DNA of 64,000 bases from the NCBI GenBank assembly GCA_963770795.1, contig CAVYQR010000002.1, positions 56,943-120,942 of the forward strand, in the 5' to 3' direction. The translations under genes were made by a program, and so were the position numbers. The notes beneath the pieces are model-generated. The model saw only the letters and a program-made list of their open reading frames with translations, was not told the DNA's origin and ran no database searches. This stretch comes from an uncultured Chloroflexia bacterium. Its GTDB lineage: Bacteria > Chloroflexota > Limnocylindria > Limnocylindrales > CSP1-4. The stretch's first letter is position 1. Every line of letters starts with the position of its first letter. Shown in pieces: positions 60,132 through 64,000 of the stretch.

Positions 60132-60871
60132 TCATGAGCGGCTCTCCAGCTCGGCGACGATGGGCCCCTTCGCGGTCTCGAACTCCTCGACGGTGAGCAG
60201 CCCGCGGTCCCGCATGTCGCCCAGGCGCTCGAGACGATCAAGCAGCGCCTGGCTCCCCTCGGAGAACTCGAAGTCCCCTCCACCATCCCGACCGTGGCGT
60301 GGGCCCAGGGCGTATCGGTCGTGTCCCGCACGGGCTGCCCGGGACCGGGCATCACCCTCGACGCGCCGATGCCGGCCGGCCGGAAGTCGACCTGGGGGCC
60401 TGCGCGGCGAGTCGCCCGCCATCCGACGACCAGGAATACCAGTGGCGCCCAGGCCATCACCTCGAACACGACGCCCGGGACGATCCAGCCCCAGACGATC
60501 CCATCCGCCTCGGGCGGCGGATTGAACAGGCCGTAGTCCAGGAAGTTCCAGCCCAGGGTCGCGAACAGGGCGGTCCAGGCCAGCAACGGGACGGCCCCCC
60601 AGATACCGCCGATGCGGCTGCCGTACACCATCGCGATGGCGCCGAACAGGAACCCACCGAAGATCCCACCGACGAGGGCGATCGGAACGCCCTCCGGACA
60701 GGGCGGCGCGGCAACATACGTCGCCCCGTCGGCGCACTCGCCGCCGATGTCCATGACCGCGCGCATGCCCCGGAACACCAGGGTGATGCACATCGCCAGG
60801 CCGCCTACGCCGAGCGCGGCCATCAGCACGTCGCCGGTCGTCGGGTCCCTGCGCGATCCCCCGAACCGCAT
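60132..60871 (-). pseudogene. membrane protein with a C-terminal SHOCT domain, apparent frameshift
   Basis: A hydrophobic N-terminal half reads in one frame from 60871. The SHOCT-like C-terminus (GDMRDRGLLTVEEFETAKGPIVAEL) reads in another frame ending at 60132. Confidence 0.45.
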
Positions 60872-60924
60872 CTCGCCTCCCGCCCCGCTCCGGCCGACCC
60901 GGGCGGGGCCGTGTCAGCGGATCG

Positions 60925-62370
60925 CTACGGCCGGACGTCCGCCATGCGATCCAGGATCAGGCGCTTGACGCCCTCGAGCGGCACCCGCTCCTGCGTCATC
61001 GAATCGCGGTCGCGGATCGTGACCGCGCCGTCCTCCAGGGAGTCTACGTCCACCGTCACGCACCACGGCGTGCCGATCTCGTCCTGGCGCCGGTAGAGCT
61101 TGCCGATCGCGGCGGTGTCGTCGTAGACGGCCATCATGTCGCGCTTGAGATCGCGCAGGAGGCGGTGGCACATGTCCACGATCTCCGGGCGCTTCTTGAG
61201 CAGCGGCAGCACGGCCACCTTGTACGGCGCGAGGTCCGGGTGGAGCCCCAGGACGACGCGCGTCTCGCCGCGGACCTCCTCCTCCCGGTAGGCATCGATG
61301 AGGAAGGTGAACGCCGCCCGATCGGCACCGGCCGCCGTCTCGACGACCCAGGGGATGAAGTGCTCGTCCGCGGCCTGGTCGAAGTACTCGAGGTTCTCGC
61401 CGGAGGCCTTCGCGTGCGCGCCCAGGTCGAAGTCGCCGCGGTTGTGGATGCCCTCGAGCTCCTTCCAGCCGAACGGGAAGCGGTACTCGACGTCGATCGC
61501 CTTCTTCGCGTAGTGCGCCAGCTCGTCCGGGGCGTGCTCGCGGAAGCGGAGGCGCGCGGGGCTCACCCCGTAGGCCTCGTACCAGGCCATCCGCCTGGGG
61601 AGCCACTCCTCGAAGGCCTGCGCGGCGCCTTCCTCGGGACGCACGAAGTACTGCATCTCCATCTGCTCGAACTCGCGCATCCGGAACACGAAGTTGCCGG
61701 GCGAGATCTCGTTGCGGAAGGACTTGCCGATCTGCGCGATGCCGAACGGGATCTTCTTGCGCGAGCTCTGCTGGACGTTCTTGAAGTTGACGTAGGAACC
61801 CTGCGCGGTCTCCGGGCGGAAGTAGACGACCGCGGCGTCATCCTCCACCGGACCCATGTGCGAGGTGAACATCAGGTTGAACCGGCGGGGCGCCGACAGC
61901 GGCTTGCCGTCGTTGGGGCAGACCAGGCCGAGCCGGGCGGTGATCGTCTCGTCCCGCAGGTCCGTGGCGGAGAGATCCTCGGCGCCCGGCAGCTCGTCCA
62001 GGCGGTAGCGCCGGTGGCACTCGGCGCACTCGACCAGCGGGTCGCTGAAGGAGCCGACATGGCCCGACGTGACCCAGACCTGCGGGTGCATCAGGATGCC
62101 GGCGTCCAGGCCCACGATGTCGTTGCGGTCCTGGACCATCGCGCGCCACCAGGCACGCTTGACGTTGTTCTTGAGCTCCACGCCCAGGGGCCCGTAGTCC
62201 CACACGGCGTTGATGCCGCCGTAGATCTCGGACGACGGGAAGATGAAGCCGCGGCGCTTGGACAGGCTGACGATGGTCTCGAGGTTGGCGACCGCGGGCG
62301 CGACGGCGTTGGGATCGAGGGGTTCGGGCGTCACGGGGTGGGGGTCTCCGCTGCGACGCGACCGTGGCAT
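60925..62370 (-). CDS. glyQS: glycine--tRNA ligase (class II alpha2 type)
   Basis: [20 protein letters not shown]...[13 protein letters not shown] and class II motifs; exact start uncertain (possibly an internal GTG). Confidence 0.9.
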   Translation of the reverse strand: MPRSRRSGDPHPVTPEPLDPNAVAPAVANLETIVSLSKRRGFIFPSSEIYGGINAVWDYGPLGVELKNNVKRAWWRAMVQDRNDIVGLDAGILMHPQVWVTSGHVGSFSDPLVECAECHRRYRLDELPGAEDLSATDLRDETITARLGLVCPNDGKPLSAPRRFNLMFTSHMGPVEDDAAVVYFRPETAQGSYVNFKNVQQSSRKKIPFGIAQIGKSFRNEISPGNFVFRMREFEQMEMQYFVRPEEGAAQAFEEWLPRRMAWYEAYGVSPARLRFREHAPDELAHYAKKAIDVEYRFPFGWKELEGIHNRGDFDLGAHAKASGENLEYFDQAADEHFIPWVVETAAGADRAAFTFLIDAYREEEVRGETRVVLGLHPDLAPYKVAVLPLLKKRPEIVDMCHRLLRDLKRDMMAVYDDTAAIGKLYRRQDEIGTPWCVTVDVDSLEDGAVTIRDRDSMTQERVPLEGVKRLILDRMADVRP

Positions 62371-62457
62371 GGCCGCGCGGGACCTCGATCCTACCAGCCG
62401 GGAGCGGAGACCAGCCGAGAGCGGAGACCAGCCGAGAGCGGAGAGGCCCGCGGCCGT

Positions 62458-63642
62458 TCAGGCAGGCGGCAGCGCCGTCGCCAGCACGCGGAGCACGTTC
62501 TCGCCCATCACGGCACGGATCGCGGCATCGTCCAGGCCCACGTCCAGCAGCGCGTCCGTGAGGCGCACGACGTTGGCGGCATCGAACGGCACCGACACCG
62601 CTCCGTCCCAGTCCGAGCCCAGGGCGACATGGTCAACTCCCACGCGCTCAACGGCATAGGCAATCGACCGGGCGATGTCCGCGGGGTGCGGCCCGCCGCT
62701 GGCCGTGTCCCAGAACCCGATGCCCACGAGGCCGCCGGTCGCCGCGATCCCGTCGAGGTGCACGTCTGCAAGGTTCCGCGAGTTGTCGCACATGCCCCGG
62801 ACGCCGGTGTGCGAGGCCACCACCGGTCGGGTGGCGATTGCCAGCGCGTCGTCGATCGTTCTCGCGGACGAGTGCGCCACGTCCAGGATCACGCCGCGTG
62901 CCTCCATCCGGGCGACCATGTCCCGGCCCTTGTCCGTGAGCCCGTGCTGCTCGACCCCGTGGGCCGACCCGCCGAAGGCCGTGTCGAAGAAGTGAGCCGG
63001 CGAGATCATGCGGATCCCGGCGTCCGCGACGACCTCGACGTTGGCGGGGTCGTTGTCCAGCGCGTGGGCACCCTCGATCGAGAGCACGCCGGCCGTCATG
63101 GCGGGGTTCGTCGCCCGGTCAGCCAGGTAGTCTGCGAGATCTGCCTGCGACCCGAGGATGCGGAAGTCGCCGGCCGATTCCTCCGCGTACCGGTGTGCGA
63201 CGGCGGCGAGATGCAGGACCCGTGGCAGGAGACGCCGCCAGGTCGCACGAGGCCAGCGCCGCGCGAGGGCGATCGCGGTGACCTGGTCGCTCGAGTCGGT
63301 GTTGCGCTCGATGTTGATGCCCCACGGTGTCTTCACGGCCATCGAGAGCACCTGCAACGCGACCCCGCCCTCGATGAGGCGTGGCACGTCCACGTGCCCG
63401 CGGTCCCCGCGGACCAGCAGGTTCCGCCCCCAGAGGAGGCTGTCCGCGTGGAGGTCGGCCACGCGCAGCGTGGCGTGCAGCTGGCGGCCACGCTCGGAGA
63501 CGGGGGTTGCCGGCTCCGGCCCGACCGGGTTCAGCCCCCGCTCGACCCGTCCCAGGAGCGCGTCCAGGGCCGGTCGCGCAACGGCCAGGGTCCCGACGGC
63601 CACGGCCCCCGCGACCAGGGCCGCCCGGCGTTGCCCGCCCAT
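62458..63642 (-). CDS. membrane dipeptidase (peptidase family M19)
   Basis: ADLHADSLLW, a VLSIEGAHAL region, and conserved His/Asp/Glu positions. Confidence 0.8.
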   Translation of the reverse strand: MGGQRRAALVAGAVAVGTLAVARPALDALLGRVERGLNPVGPEPATPVSERGRQLHATLRVADLHADSLLWGRNLLVRGDRGHVDVPRLIEGGVALQVLSMAVKTPWGINIERNTDSSDQVTAIALARRWPRATWRRLLPRVLHLAAVAHRYAEESAGDFRILGSQADLADYLADRATNPAMTAGVLSIEGAHALDNDPANVEVVADAGIRMISPAHFFDTAFGGSAHGVEQHGLTDKGRDMVARMEARGVILDVAHSSARTIDDALAIATRPVVASHTGVRGMCDNSRNLADVHLDGIAATGGLVGIGFWDTASGGPHPADIARSIAYAVERVGVDHVALGSDWDGAVSVPFDAANVVRLTDALLDVGLDDAAIRAVMGENVLRVLATALPPA

Positions 63643-63644
63643 TG

Positions 63645-64000
63645 TCAGAAGGCCCGTCCGCGCGTCGGCCTGATCCGGATCGGGACGTTGTAGACGGTGG
63701 CCATCTCCTCGGCCGAGTTGAAGGAGGCGATGATTCGGTCGCCGTACTTGCCGAGGTAGGCAGCGTGGTCCGGGGCCTGCGGCGCCGTCTCGTCGATGCG
63801 GGCCTCGCCCTCGACGACGACGACGTCCCCACCCGTGCCGTTGTCGTTGAGGTGAAGGCTGACCCTCGGGTTGTGGGCGATGTTGACGTTCCGCTTGGCG
63901 CGCCTGTCGGAGTAGATCAACGCCTCGCCATCCTCCCAGAGGAACCAGATCGGGAACGTCTGGGGCTGGCCGTCTGGCGTCACCGTCGTGAGCCAGCCGA
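63645..64000 (-). CDS. PPOX-class (pyridoxamine 5'-phosphate oxidase-like / F420-dependent) protein, N-terminus outside the window
   Basis: FPIWFLWEDGEALIYSDRRAKRNVNIAHNPRVSLHL matches the PNPOx-like split-barrel. Confidence 0.6.
   Translation of the reverse strand, partial: GWLTTVTPDGQPQTFPIWFLWEDGEALIYSDRRAKRNVNIAHNPRVSLHLNDNGTGGDVVVVEGEARIDETAPQAPDHAAYLGKYGDRIIASFNSAEEMATVYNVPIRIRPTRGRAF

Overview
High-GC (about 70%) actinobacterial-type chromosomal segment. The flanks are ordinary metabolism and housekeeping. At the 5' end: an SDR, an ArsB/NhaD-type permease, NhaA, an OmpR-type response regulator, PEP carboxylase, and a Zn-alcohol dehydrogenase. At the 3' end: pyruvate,phosphate dikinase, an FNR-like reductase, an NfnAB-like pair, a tungsten-type aldehyde:ferredoxin oxidoreductase with a radical-SAM/SPASM gene and a MoaD/MoeB pair, glycyl-tRNA synthetase, an M19 dipeptidase, and a PPOX-class protein.

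The centre (about 19.4-43.5 kb) is a phage-tail-like contractile injection system (eCIS / Streptomyces-type CIS), laid out P2-like:
- On the + strand: sheath, tube, a G/GT-style chaperone pair with a CCCGGGG -1 slippery site, a Pro/Ala-rich tape-measure-like gene, a second tube-like protein, a LysM tube-initiator-like protein, a VgrG/gpD spike, PAAR, gp25, baseplate J, tail protein I, and a CisA-like zinc-ribbon membrane protein that carries a 930-bp tandem repeat.
- Divergently on the - strand: a DUF4255 cap-like protein, an AAA+ ATPase, and three tightly packed candidate cargo genes (1128 aa, a DUF4157 HExxH protein, 1061 aa) that share an N-terminal LQRxAGNxAV motif.
- There is no tail fibre, capsid, terminase or integrase.

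A large AAA-wHTH-BTAD regulator and a LuxR-type regulator flank the locus. Upstream (10.3-18.5 kb) is a five-gene minus-strand cluster of secreted or membrane proteins. It includes a full-length paralogue of the CisA-like protein.

The 3' end of the alcohol dehydrogenase gene is frameshifted. Just downstream, a roughly 1-kb segment is bracketed by imperfect direct repeats of the adh terminus; it carries an XRE-HTH + PD-(D/E)xK protein and 51-bp palindromic tandem repeats.

Many long opposite-strand or off-frame ORFs in the track are GC-rich shadow ORFs and were ignored.
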